From: Hormiphora californensis
Taxonomy: Eukaryota > Animalia > Ctenophora
Length of the DNA: 64,000 nt
Direction of reading: 5' to 3'
NCBI GenBank assembly: GCA_020137815.1
Contig: CM035358.1
Span: forward strand, 7,130,001-7,194,000
Part shown: in pieces, positions 10,966 to 23,188 of the stretch
Layout of the letters: the number at the start of each line of letters is the position of its first letter
How positions within the stretch are numbered: position 1 is the first letter of the stretch
The notes under the pieces: model-generated
The model's database searches: none
The model's input: only the letters and a program-made list of their open reading frames with translations
Told to the model about the DNA's origin: nothing
Position numbers and translations under genes: made by a program

Positions 10966-13509
10966 CTACAACGCAAGATACTGCTTAACCATTGCAAGAG
11001 AGTCCACACTAAGTGAAAGATTTAGAAGTGAGTCGTTGTAGGTTTGTGTCAGGTTGTACAGAAAGGCCTGAAGGCTCTTCTTCAGTGTAGAGTGGCTCGC
11101 GTTGGTGGTTGCCATTGGGATCTGATGGGAAGAGATGGTTAGTGATTTGGGAATATTGAATAGGGACACTGGATATTTGTCTCCGATAAAGTCATTGACG
11201 GAGAAATTCCCCCTTCCTAATACGCTCCAGTTGCAGATTGGAGGCTGACTCCAGTATCTGGCGCCAGCCTCCAGTCTGCAACTGGGAGAGTCCCTGTGCG
11301 CGCCAAATCTTCGTTGACTAGCAGGGTTTTCGATGTGAATTGCATGTAAAGTAGCGCGCGCGGCAGTGTCAGCAGTGTCAGCAGGGGCGTTACTAACATC
11401 AGTCGCAAAATCTCTAACTGGAAAGGGGAAAATATCGTATTGCTCGACGCGGAAGTTCCCTCTCTATCTCCCCGGGTATAAACAAAACAAGAAAAAGCCG
11501 TGACCCTGATAAGATCATATTACCTGTTCAATAGTTTTGAGAGTAGCAGTAACAGAGTTTACTATCTCCGGCAGACTCAACTGAACAACTCCATATCTAT
11601 CTTCCTCTTTAGCTCTGCAACACAGCATCCCCACTGATTCAGATAGAGCGAGTAGGAGAGATAGAGATGTGATCTTGTTTTCTGTTTGTAGCTCTGGTAT
11701 CTCGGTCAGCAGGAATTTACCTGGAAAGACAAGCCGATTGAAAATTTGAATTCAAAGAGTCAGAAAATTCAAGTTAAATAGTTACGGAACAGTCCATAAA
11801 ACAAGGACATATTTATTTAAACCCACCAATTTTGCTGTTGATAAATCCCTCATAACATTTCTTCTTCCCTTCCTCCCACACTTCACCGCCCCACGCACTA
11901 ACAGCACTGCTAATTCTAACTCTTAGCGGGGGTGTTTCACTCCCAGCCAACAAATCATCCTGTTTTGGAGGCAGGGAATACAGCTGGGTGGGCTTTGTAT
12001 CCACTTTTAGGGCACGTCCTGCCTGCTTAGTGGGAGACTTGTTGGTGACCGGGGATGTAGGCTTGGTAGGGGTGTCAGCCATAGCATTGTTGAAAGCAGC
12101 TAGGGTTCCAGTTAGCTCTTTGTACAGGGTGTGCCACATAACTGGGTGTCCATCGTATAGGTTTAGTAGTTCTACTCGCGAGTTGAGGGAGGCAGATATG
12201 GAGCGGGTTATATCGGTTAGACCGTGGTATTTTAGACGGAGGTCAGTAGATTTGATTGCCTCTACACATCGTTCAAGGCTTGTTCTTCCTTTAACCTGTA
12301 AGGGGACCGAATTTAATATAATTGAAATTGGGAACACCCTGTACACAACACCCTGTTGACAAAAAAACACGGTTAAATGAAGATAGATTTACCTTGGGGA
12401 TATCACTATTAGCAGCAACATGTATAGTAGCCTGGTAACCAAGTGTTAGACTGAGGAGGGTGCAGAATGCAGTCAGGGGGATATTGATAAGTGTGGAGGG
12501 TCGCAGGAAGAACTGATAGCCCAGATCGGTAGTTCGAGTTTTGCAAATGTAGCTTGCAGCGTGGGTTATGTCGCTGTAGAATAGCACGTAAACCGGGAGG
12601 ACAAATCTGATGACCTGAGAGGGGGTTGGAGAGGAGTAATTGACATGAACGAGAAATGAACTTCTTCAAAGCAAATTGAATGAAATCCTGAAATCACACA
12701 CACACATACACACACGATAGTTGAAGTTGGCGCGCGCGCGATTTTGTGTGCCTGGAGTGTTGAAAGCCTTCACGTCGCCTCTGATTCACTGTTAGCGCGC
12801 CCTACCTTAAGTGTGTTGGTTGCCGCGTGTTTCGCCCATTGTGGCCCACTGAGCCTCAACTTGGTGACCCATGGGATTCGGACCGCTGGAGAGGTGTATT
12901 GGTATTTGTAGTGGAGTATGCAGTCGGATAGGTGGTATTGGGCGGTCACAGTGCACCAGAATAGGGCTAGGTTGGATTGGAGATCATCGGTGTACCTGTG
13001 TGAAAGAGTGAGTGGAGACTTTAATTCAGTTATATGATCCCTAATTATTAATTTCTCCCAACGATAATCTTTAACTACTATCTCTCAATCTTACCATATG
13101 TTGACAAGACCAGAGACAAAGTAGCTGAAGATCAAGTTAGCTGAAAGAAGGAAGGCTATTTCTTTGGTGAAGAAACTCTGAAATCGGGCCAATCTGGTGG
13201 TTGATTTGGTGACTTGGGGCACGCAGAGGGAGAGGAAGGTGAGGGAGTAGGCCGAGATTAGAGATACCGTACAGAGCCAAGTTATCAGGATTTCACCCTG
13301 TAAAGAGAAGTTGAAAGGGTCCAGAAATTGAACAGCAGTTTCAGTGTTTGGATTATTGAAGTAGAAAGTTTACTTCAAAAAGGAAAAAAAGGGTCTGAAG
13401 AAAAGAAATTGTGTGCAGTACTGACCAGTGATTGGAAGGGAAGAGTGATGGGTAGAACAAGGATCAAACTTGGAACCACCAACGACAGACACAATTCCAA
13501 CTCCTTCAT
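10966..13509 (-). CDS. NDC1: Transmembrane nucleoporin NDC1 (TMEM48), ~506 aa; exons 13509-13426, 13297-13095, 12995-12806, 12614-12393, 12295-11827, 11720-11524, 11121-10966
   Basis: Hydrophobic N-terminal TM segments. Motifs LKYHGLTDI…SRVELLNLYDGHPVMW and EEDRYGVVQLSLPEIV correspond to NDC1 KYLALQDL…GGHPHNW and EDRFGVVQTTLPAIL. Splice phases are consistent. Confidence 0.85.
11221..11420. mobile_element. ~200-bp interspersed repeat in NDC1 intron (also at ~39126-39345)
   Basis: Near-identical copy at 39126; internal hairpin ccagttgcagattggaggctg…cagcctccagtctgcaactgg. Confidence 0.7.
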
Positions 13510-13717
13510 TGCTGTGAGGGCAATACATAGTACATGTGTAACTGTAATTGTGTGTAACCCTTGGTTACACCTTAAGGTAACCATGGTTACCAACTAGTTT
13601 TTGTGTAACCATGGTTACCAACTAGTTTTTGTGTAAATCCCCCTTCTCCCGGCAGATGACAAATCAAGAAACACAAATCTTTCAGAATGTAATAAAAACA
13701 ATGAAAACACCAATAAG

Positions 13718-14041
13718 TTAGTCAAAGAGTGAGAATCCCATATCATCATCTGACTCCTCTTCCTCGCTTTCCTCCTTCTTGGCCTCCTCAACAGGGGCAG
13801 CATCACCACCAGCGGCGGGGGCAGCTGACACGGCACCGGCAGCAGGGGCCGATCCGATGGCACTCAGGAGCGCACCAACATCCTGTCCAGCGAGGCACTT
13901 GGCGAAGAGGGTTGGCCAGATCACCTCGATATCAACCTTGGCTGCCTTGCACAGGGCTGTGATCTTGTCAGCGGTGATAGGGATCTCATCGTCGTGGAGG
14001 ATCAGGGCACTGTAGACACACGCGAGCTCGTTGGTGTTCAT
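13718..14041 (-). CDS. RPLP1: 60S acidic ribosomal protein P1
   Basis: [27 protein letters not shown]…[15 protein letters not shown]; intronless, 107 aa. Confidence 0.97.
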   Translation of the reverse strand: MNTNELACVYSALILHDDEIPITADKITALCKAAKVDIEVIWPTLFAKCLAGQDVGALLSAIGSAPAAGAVSAAPAAGGDAAPVEEAKKEESEEEESDDDMGFSLFD

Positions 14042-14055
14042 TTCAATGATCAGCA

Positions 14056-14410
14056 GAACCTTGAGACTAGCTAGATAGGAAGGGCTGGTTAGATTCGAGG
14101 TATAAGGGGGGGGGGGCTGGAGGGCATAACCTTGAGACTAGCTAGATAGGAAGAGGTGGGGGTTAGAGAGAGGGTGTGGGTTAGTAGAGACTAGCTAGAT
14201 AGAGGATGTGTGGGTTATATTATAGATAGGGGGAACCTTGAGACTAGCTAGATAGGAAGAGGTGGGTTAGTAGAGACTAGCTAGATAGAGGATGTGTGGG
14301 TTAGTAGAGACTAGCTAGATAGGAAGAGGTGGGTTAGTAGAGACTAGCTAGATAGAGGTGTGGGGGTTAGATTCTAGATAGGGGGAACCTTGAGACTAGC
14401 TAGATAGGGC
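14056..14410 (-). repeat. Tandem reiteration of the RPLP1 branch-point/3' acceptor cassette (8 copies of ctatctagctagtctc)
   Basis: gagactagctagatag on + at 14063, 14134, 14187, 14240, 14273, 14307, 14340 and 14392. Confidence 0.8.
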
Positions 14411-14836
14411 AGATCATGTGGGTTAGATATAGATGGGGCAGATGGTGGTTCGAATAGGTAGGGGGGGGGGGACAGATGTGGGTTAGGATTTAGAATTGCA
14501 AAACAAGTGCTAGGACAAGGTTAGATCGACTGGGAAATTGAGGGATCTGGGGACAATGAATAAAACACGGATTATTTTTCAATAAATAAAAAATACCGAA
14601 CCCCAAAAAAACACAGACATCCATCACACAAACAAACTTGTCTTCACAGCATCCTCTTGGTCGATTTAGGCCGGGTGGAGTTCTGATTTTGGAATTACGT
14701 GAAGCTGATTCTTTAGATTTTTCAAAAATATTTCTCCCAAGAAGAGCGTAGAAGGTACGAGAGTGTCCAGTGAGATAGATAGTATCTTCTGAGATCCGAT
14801 ATCATTGGAGAGAGGGAGAGCTGAGACAGAGGGTGT

Positions 14837-14914
14837 CTACTTGGACCTGGCCCTCATCTTCTTCCTCTTTTTCTTCAGTCTCCTCATCCTCTTCTTCTTC
14901 CACTTGTCTCGCAT
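14837..14914 (-). CDS. RPL41: Ribosomal protein L41 (eL41/eS32), copy b
   Basis: MRDKWKKKRMRRLKKKRKKMRARSK*, 25 aa; too short for the ORF track. Confidence 0.95.
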   Translation of the reverse strand: MRDKWKKKRMRRLKKKRKKMRARSK

Positions 14915-15257
14915 AGTTTCACTACCTTTACAATCAGGGTAATAAATTAAGTGGTGTTCTAGACGAGGGAAATAGAGGGTTGAAAAAGGGGCAGAGGTAT
15001 TATCAGGCAGGGTAATAAATTAAGTGGGGTTCTAGACAAGGGAAATAGAGGGTTGAAAAAGGGGCAGAGGGGAAGTATACTGTGAAAAAAAGGGGGGGGG
15101 AGACTGAAGACAATGGGAGGAATAGGGAGGATTGGGATTAGTAAAACGCTTCGAATACTGTTTAATAAAACACATTAACTCTCATAACACAACAATGTAA
15201 TAATTTACCCGCTTTCACCAACATCAAAAGTCAATATCACCAGTCCTAGATCGGTGT

Positions 15258-16703
15258 TCACCTGTCCACTTCATCCTCAACACAGATGGGAACCAACACA
15301 ATCCTGTTCCTGGCTTTCTTGTCCGACCACCACCTTCCCCACTTATGCTCCTGGCCCACACCAGCCACAATTAACCCCCGACTAACCGCTAAACTGTTAA
15401 CTGTTCCCACCATTGTTATCTCCTTGAGACAGGAGAGGGAGAGATAGTTCTCGGCACAAGCCCACACTTTGATCAGACCTCCACCACTACCACCACTAAC
15501 AAAACACTCTGTATTCCTAAAGGCGGCAATTGAACACACCCAACTCCCTGGTCCATGAGCGTTACGATGTGAAGCAACTGGTTTCTTCTTCTTCAAATGC
15601 CAGACAGCTACAACGTTATCCTGGGACCCGGTAACAAAATGTTCCTCGTTTAGCATTGAGACACAGTCAATAACAGTGTTTTTGTGACCGTTAAACACTA
15701 ACTGACTCTCCTCAGCCACTTTCCATAACCTCAAACTCCTGTCCCTCCCTCCCACACTAACAACCCTCTCCTGAAGGAAACTGTCCAATGACGTCACGTG
15801 ATCCTGGTGCCCGTATAAACTCTCGATATACACCATCTCATCACAATTCCACAGGTTGATAGTACGATCACGAGCCCCAGAGAACAAGAGATGGGAGTTA
15901 GTCCGGAACACAAGGGCAGTAATGACGTCACGATGTTTGTGGAATGTTTTAATGGGTGTCATGGTAACAGCGTCCCAGACAATCACCTTTTTATCTTCAC
16001 CACCACTAGCAAGCAGGGTGTTATCGGTTGATGCTGCTATTGTAAATACTGCCTTCCCGCTAGGATGCCGTACTGTACAGACCTTCTTACCACCACTACC
16101 CTCCACTAAACTCCATTTGGTTATAGCGCCGTCTTTAGAGGATGAGTAGATGTGAGAGTCGGTTAGGGCAACACAAGTTGGAGAGAGACGGTGGCCACGT
16201 CGTAGTTGGGATCGGGATGTGTCGAGGATGCACAGTCGTTTACGGATACGTTCTTCTAGACGACCTCGTTCTGCTAGCACGTCCTGTTGTAATCTGTGGA
16301 AGGGAGAGAGAGGGGTAAATAACTACTAATAAGTGAGGGGAAAAGAATAAAGATGGTTTATCAGATTGTAAATAGTCACATTTACCCCAAATTCCAACTA
16401 TACAGGCGAGCCGAGAGGGGTACTAACTATTATACACGGGGGGGGGGGGGGGGGGGGGGGGTATTTACTATTATACCTGTGTGCAATGATCTCCCTATTT
16501 GCCTCTGCATCATTCTCCTCCCGAACCTCCTGGTTTTCTAACTTGTTCAGATACTGTTTAGCAAGTCTCAATCTCTTTCCCGCTGCAGTTTCCTCAATCG
16601 ATTCAGTCTCAGATACGGACTCGGCATCTGGGTTATCGCTGAATTCAACCTCGGAGTCGATGTCAGAGTCAGGGGCGACCTCGACTGCACCACGTTTAAC
16701 CAT
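15258..16703 (-). CDS. RRP9: U3 snoRNP-associated WD40 protein RRP9 (U3-55K), ~420 aa; exons 16703-16477 and 16293-15258
   Basis: ETAAGKRLRLAKQYL motif, WD40 repeats (YIESLYGHQD…GGRDRSLRLWKVAEESQLVF) and C-terminal VGQEHKWGRWW. Confidence 0.95.
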
Positions 16704-16786
16704 TTTACTTGCTATACAATGGGAGGAGGGGATTAAGGTGATGTATTGTTAATGTAGAGAGAGAGAGAGAGTGGGAAGGAGGGAGG

Positions 16787-16855
<69 letters not shown>

Positions 16856-17148
16856 TGGGAGGGAGGGAGAGATAGAGAGAGAGAGTGAGGGAGAGAGAGA
16901 GAGAGAGAAAGAGAGAAAACGAGAGATATGGCATACTAGAGAGAAAGAAAGTGAAAACAAGTCATATCTTTTTGATTTTCAAATACTCTACAAATCGTTA
17001 AAAGAATCCCACAAAGTATGTATCTTCTTCTTCTTCTACCCCAAAAAGGTGATGTCTGTTGTTGCTGAGCTACTTAGGATGTTACTATATATCAGATGTG
17101 TTGAAGGGAGGAGGGGTATTCTGGATATGAGAGAGGGAGATGATCACT

Positions 17149-17226
17149 CTACTTGGACCTGGCCCTCATCTTCTTCCTCTTTTTCTTCAGCCTCCTCATC
17201 CTCTTCTTCTTCCACTTGTCTCGCAT
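17149..17226 (-). CDS. RPL41: Ribosomal protein L41 (eL41/eS32), copy a
   Basis: Same 25-aa peptide as copy b, with one synonymous difference (AGG/AGA). Confidence 0.95.
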   Translation of the reverse strand: MRDKWKKKRMRRLKKKRKKMRARSK

Positions 17227-17370
17227 AGTTTCACTACCTTCACAATTTAGTTGGATATTAGTGTGTTCAAAGTGAGGCATTTGGGATCGGGAGGGGAGAC
17301 TGAAAGACTGAATAAAACAAAATTCAATTTCGATAAAATAAAAATCATCGGATGGGTAAAACAGAGCAAG

Positions 17371-18104
17371 TTAGGCCTTCACGGCGTAGACACGCTGACT
17401 GAAGTGAGTGTCCACCTTCCTCTGTCGGAGTGTCCTGAGGGAGCTCTCGTTGGCAGTCAGGGCTCGTCGGATAGCTCGGGTCTTCTTGGGCCTCAGGTCA
17501 AGGGGCATGTACCTGAATAAGGGGGAGAGTTGTTAGAGATGTATAATTACAAATCTAGATCTAAAACTAAAACCTAGATCTTGAGACAGACCCCTAGATT
17601 AACACTACTGGGTTTCAGTCAGGGTGTGGCACACAAATGTAATACAGACACACAGCATTGACAGTGAAATACTAACTTCTTGGTCTTATAGAACTTCCTC
17701 AGATTTTCCCTCTGGTTGGCTCGCAGAACGGTTCGGCATCGGGCAATGCTCTTCCTGACATCCTTAATCTTGGACAGTTTGTTGGTGGCACCACCAGTCA
17801 CCTTCTGGACCTGCCGGGGAAATGGAATGGGTTAACAAAAACCAATCTTAGTTGGAATAACATTTTGATTATTATGTTCAAGGTGATAAAAAAACAAGAG
17901 AGATCAAAACAAGAGAGATCAACAGGGATTTTAATGAAATCTGGGTACTCCTTGGAGGGTTATTTAACTTTACAACAGCAATATCAAGTATTTACCATGT
18001 ATCTGTACCTGAAGATTGGATAGCTCAGTTTTCTGTTCCTCGAGCTGCTTCAGGAGCTCTTCCTTTGTCTTGCCTCGCAGAGCTGGAGCCTTAACTCGGA
18101 CCAT
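17371..18104 (-). CDS. RPL35: 60S ribosomal protein L35 (uL29), 123 aa; exons 18104-18009, 17810-17677, 17512-17371
   Basis: [56 protein letters not shown]…[20 protein letters not shown]…YAVKA*. Confidence 0.97.
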
Positions 18105-18127
18105 GGCTAGATAGAGATAGTGGGTGA

Positions 18128-18187
18128 CCCGGGTGTATTAACAACTGAGAGAATGTTAACATCTTTCTCAGTTGTAATACACCCGGG
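18128..18187. repeat. 60-bp hairpin/mini-MITE between RPL38 and RPL35
   Basis: cccgggtgtatta(a)caactgaga…tctcagttgtaatacacccggg. Confidence 0.75.
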
Positions 18188-18351
18188 CTGCAAAGACGTG
18201 GTTAGTTTGTCGATACCCCTGTGTAACTTAAGTTTCTACGTCACTTGATAAATGATAGTATCAAAGATCAAGGACAGAAGATATTACACAGGGAGCCCAA
18301 TAAAACGAAGTTTGTTTCCGATAAGTTAAAAATTTCAAGATGGTAAGAAGT

Positions 18352-18670
18352 CTAGTTCAGCTCTTTGACAGTCAGGCCAGGGGGCAGGGATTGTTTCAGT
18401 TTGTCGGCCTTCTCGGGATCAGTCACGACGAGGGTGTAGAGGTACTTGCTGCATCGGACCTGCGGAAGAAGAGGATTTGAGCCTTAGGTTTAACGAATAA
18501 TCAGGATCATAGAGCACACTGGGTCGAATAGATGAATACTTTTGTTTGATTTATAAGTTACGAACCTTGAACTTGACCTTGTCCTTAGACTTGATAATTT
18601 TCACAGACTTGGCATCGGTTTTCCTGGCCTTGTGGAGGAAGTCCCTGATCTCGAGAATCTGTCGAGGCAT
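18352..18670 (-). CDS. RPL38: 60S ribosomal protein L38 (eL38), 70 aa; exons 18670-18566 and 18459-18352
   Basis: [35 protein letters not shown]|[35 protein letters not shown]. Confidence 0.97.
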
Positions 18671-18751
18671 GATGCGCTATCGAAATTGTGTGGTTTAGAG
18701 ACTTTTTGAGATGCTTACGTGCAATTTCTCTGTAGTAAACTTGCCGAAGTG

Positions 18752-19245
18752 TATGGCGGTGCATGAGTGCACGATGAATTTTTTAACAAAAAAAGAAAAA
18801 ATGAAAAAGAAAATAAAGAAAAATTGAAAAAAAGTGGAAAAATAAAAATAAAATAGGGATCCCTAAAAAAGTTCAGTATTTACACAGCGTTTACACAGTC
18901 TTTACACAGTCTTTACACCCAGAGCGCCCGCGCCGCTCTGGGTGTAATGACTGCGTCTTTTGCACTCGATTTGCAGCGTTTTCGGAAACTTTTTTCGCCG
19001 CGGCACTCAATTTACTCAATTTTGCAGCACACAATCCAATATTTTCTTAGAAAAAGCCGCAAAACGCAGCACGCGCCGCTCTGGGTGTAATGACTGTGTA
19101 AAGACTGTGTAAACGCTGTGTAAATACTGAACTTTTTTAGGGATCCCTATTGAAAAAAAAAGAAAAAAAAATTTGTTTTTTGAAATTTCGCGTGCACTCA
19201 TGCACCGCGTAAACCGTAAATCGGCTCAAAAGTGCACGCGCGTTA
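18752..19245. mobile_element. Palindromic MITE family (gcggtgcatgagtgcacg…) with a nested tagggatccc…gggatcccta MITE (~18853-19149)
   Basis: Inverted repeats. The same family, without the nested insert, is split by the LTR element at 33905-33952 and 38966-39127. Confidence 0.75.
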
Positions 19246-19469
19246 CATGTCGCGGCGAAATATTACAAAATAAGCTGCTTTTTTGCGGCGCGCAATTTTA
19301 TTCTCATTTTGGCCAAAATTCCAAGCAAATTTGGTTGGAATTTTTTACTTTTTTACCAAATTTCTGCGTTGGAGTTGTCTTTAACCAAACTTCAACCCCA
19401 ACATCTGGTCGAACCCAACGTGTATGAGACTCATTTTGATTAATTCTAGATATGGTTACCCCTTTCTCT

Positions 19470-22160
19470 CTTCAGCAGCTTCTCCTTGGCTGATGAAATG
19501 TGATACCAATCGGTAACGGGTAAACCACCTCAAGAGCCATCAAAAAGGAGACTTGAAGGATAAGGATTTAGCTACTATTTTCTTCCATAACACCCAATCT
19601 ATGATCTACGCCTCCCTTCTCAGATACTGTGAGCGAAGTGATGCGGGAACTGTCAACTGGGAGTACAAGCACCAGTACTATTTGATATGGATGCTCTGCC
19701 TAAAGAACGTCATTACTAAGCCAAAGGGGTCAACAGATGTCAGAGTTCTTGTAAATCGACCAGCTGCCGTGAGGACCGCTGACGCTGCCGTGAGGACCCC
19801 TTCCCCGGACATTGCCGTGAGGACCGCTGCCGTGAGGACCCGGACGCTTCAAAGCAGGGGCGGCTCTCCCATGCGGACGATGCGGACGCGTCCGCATTTT
19901 TACTTTGGATCACAGAGAGAAAAAGAAAAAATTCAAGGAAAAGGGTCAATTTTTCTCAAAATTTGATGTTTCAAATGAGATTTTTAGTGAAATCCGCGCG
20001 CCACACAGGTTTTTTTTGCCGTCGCAGTATTTTTTGATCGGCGCGCTACGTCAAAATAGCCAATGCGGACCATCCGCATTGGGTATTTCGACGGAACGCG
20101 CGAGTTAAAAATGTTTCGGCCGCATTTTGACCAGAGCAGCTGAGAGCCGCGCACCGCCCCTGCTTCAAAGAGGAACCCTGCCGCTACCGAGAGGACACCT
20201 TCCCCCACTCCAATAGCCGCTGACAAGAGAACCCCCGCCTACCACAACCGATAATTCAGCTGCTGAGATGTCCCCGCATCATGGTAAGTTAACAAACGAA
20301 AACCCCTCCCCCAGGCGCCATCAGTGATGGCCCATCACTCATGACGCATCAATCCCATGTGACATGCCATTGTTATCCACTATCTTTCCAACTTATTTTT
20401 TTCCATAAAATCCGATCTATGATCTACCCCTCCCTTCTCAGATACTGTGAGCGAAGTGATGCGGGAACTGTCAACTGGGAGTACAAGCATCAGTACCATT
20501 TGATATGGACCAAATTACCCAAGTAATTACGAAGTGTGTGGATGCTGCGGTAACTAGGGCACTGGCTAATTACCAGTTAATGAACCCCCGACATCTACAC
20601 CCGCTACAGAGGAAGAACGACCGAGAAGAAAAAGAAGGAAGCAGGAGGTGACACGTGCGCCTCTGCCTTTGAATGATTGTACCAATTTGCCTGATATCCC
20701 GAAGGAGAATCCACACTTCGAGGTAACATTTTACATTCTAAACCCCTGATTTCCGAATTAATTGTTCTCATCTCAATTTCAAGAATATTACACGGGTCCT
20801 TACTGTGGCTGAGATCCCATAAAAATGTATACTCGATGGTTCTCGATATCACACAGCACATTATGGCTTCACCTGTGAAAGTTAGCACCACAGCTAGGTC
20901 CCATTCCCATTTGAGAGAGACTAATTTGAACATTCAACAGGTCAATAACAAAATGCTGGTGTGTAAGTTGTGTGTAAAGAACCCTACTGAGGCACTCAAC
21001 ATGAACTTCCCGCAAACTCGGTACGGAGATGATGGGAAGCAGTCGGTGCTATGGACTAAGAAGATGTGCCGGCTTCTAGACAGGTCCTTTTCAACGCAAA
21101 ACACAGTGTGTCTTACAGGTGTCTTACATGTTTTATATTTAATTGTATACAGACATACAGTATATCATTTTTGAACATTGCATAAAACAGAAAGCTAGTA
21201 TGTGCGGTGTGAAAATGACCTTTGACTAAACTCCAGATTATTTCAGGCAGTTTGCGGGACAAGTGGAGGTCTTCATTATCAATGGGGAGGAGTGGGGAAA
21301 CATGGGACATAACGATCATCTGCCACCGAAGGTGATTGATACCACGTTTCAAATTCAATCAAGAAAACTGGGGCAGTTCTTGAATGAAAATGATTTCACG
21401 GTAACGGCAGACAAGGGTACTTCCATGGGAAGGTAGTTCATTGTTAATTCATGGATAGACTAATTGTAGTTTCAGGTGTGCCCGGTAGCCGGTTTCCAAA
21501 TGATGAGAAACTTCAAAGGTCAAACATAGTGACCAAGTGATAATAATATTCTGAATATTCTGAATTCTCAGGAAGCGGCTGCTCATCGCTGTGCGGACCG
21601 GTAATTTGTCACGTTGGCCACCCCTATGTGGGGAAGAAAAGCGATGGCATTACACCGGGGAAGCTTGTGTACGATTCCATCTGTGCACTTGGTGTTACTC
21701 CGACCGGCTTCATGGAGCACTTCAAAGGAGTATGCTATGATGGCCAGCTTGTGAAAATACATGTAGGTTTTTAATTACACTGCATACAATCCAGGGAATC
21801 ACATACAAATGTCCAGGGGTTCACTCTCCCCTTTCCCAGGGAGACTGAACCACTTCAAATATCCAGGGGTTCAATATCCACTCTGTCTCCTCACCAACTT
21901 CCAGGGATTGTCGATAAGACCTCTCTCCTCTCAATTCCCCACTCCTCTATCTTACTAACTCCCCTCTCTTCAGATTATCACATGCTGGACCAGAGAAATG
22001 TATTGCTAATTGTTGCTATACAGATGAGTTTACTGAATATGAAGCGATCAGGCTCCTAAATTGATAGACTTCCCTGCCTCACACAGAGGTCATTTATATG
22101 ATGATTGGTGATGAACGGAAACTGTGTGCCAATGGACCATATTGTTAGTTCAGGTAAGAA
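19470..22160 (+). pseudogene. Decayed, intron-containing DDE (hAT-like) transposase remnant
   Basis: Fragments VCKLCVKN (Zn-finger-like), FTVTADKGT and FKGVCYDGQ are interrupted by stops and frameshifts; ~90-bp duplication at 19597/20417. Confidence 0.35.
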
Positions 22161-22475
22161 CAGTTGAATCTCCTGCTAAGGGTATAGGTAGGGTGGTTTA
22201 TCGTCTCCTTTCAAAGGGGCGTACTCTCCCTTTCCCCGAAGAGACTGGACCCATTCAAAACGTCCGGAGGTTCACTCTCCCTCTGAAGTCTGAACTCTGA
22301 ACCCCCACTAACTCCCGGGGATCGGTCATCGGGCACCCATGGGGCAGTATATTATAGTTTACACTGTCCAGCGAATCAATGTAGCGGGTGACCCGCTCAA
22401 TATTAACCCGGGTTTATTGATTAGGGTAGCGACTGACTTTTTGAAACGTTTGAAACGGTGGCTAATTTGAAACAC

Positions 22476-23188
22476 CCTCTCCGGTGCTCCTTTCCTGGGT
22501 CACCCCTCCCTCTCCACACCAGCTCTCTCCGGTGTTCCTTTCCTGGGTCACCCCTCCCTCTCCACACCAGCTCTCTCCGGTGCTCCTCTCCTGGGTCACC
22601 CCTCCCTCTCCACACCAGTTCTCTCCGGTGTTCCTTTCCTGGGTCACCCCTCCCTCACCACACCAGCTCTCTCCGATGCTCCTCTCCTGGACCACCACTT
22701 CGATCCCTACACCTGAGACCGCAACCGAATACCACACCTGAATACCACACCTGCTCTCTCCGGTGTCCCTTTCCTGGGTCACCCCTCCCTCACCACACCT
22801 GCTCTCTCCGGTGCTCCTCTCCTGGGTCACCCCTCCCTCTCCACACCAGCTCTCTCCGGTGTTCCTTTCCTGGGTCACCCCTACGTCTCCGGTGTTCCTC
22901 TCCTGGGTCACCCCTCCCTCTCCACACCTGCTCTCTCCGGTGCTCCTTTCCTGGGTCACCCCTCCCTCTCCACACCAGCTCTCTCCGGTGTTCCTTTCCT
23001 GGGTCACCCCTCCCTCTCCACACCAGCTCTCTCCGGTGCTCCTCTCCTGGGTCACCCCTCCCTCTCCACACCAGCTCTCTCCGGTGTTCCTTTCCTGGGT
23101 CACCCCTCCCTCACCACACCAGCTCTCTCCGATGCTCCTCTCCTGGACCACCACTTCGATCCCTACACTTGAGACCGCAACCGAATAC
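22476..23188 (+). repeat. 48-bp tandem repeat at the LINE 5' end (ctctctccggtgttcctttcctgggtcacccctccctctccacaccag)
   Basis: About a dozen units in two blocks; translates as SLRCSFPGSPLPLHTS. Confidence 0.9.

Noticed and set aside
12409-12669. Alternative NDC1 exon 4 from the acceptor near 12688
   Set aside because: That frame runs into a stop; the acceptor at 12615 keeps the frame and gives TM-like sequence.
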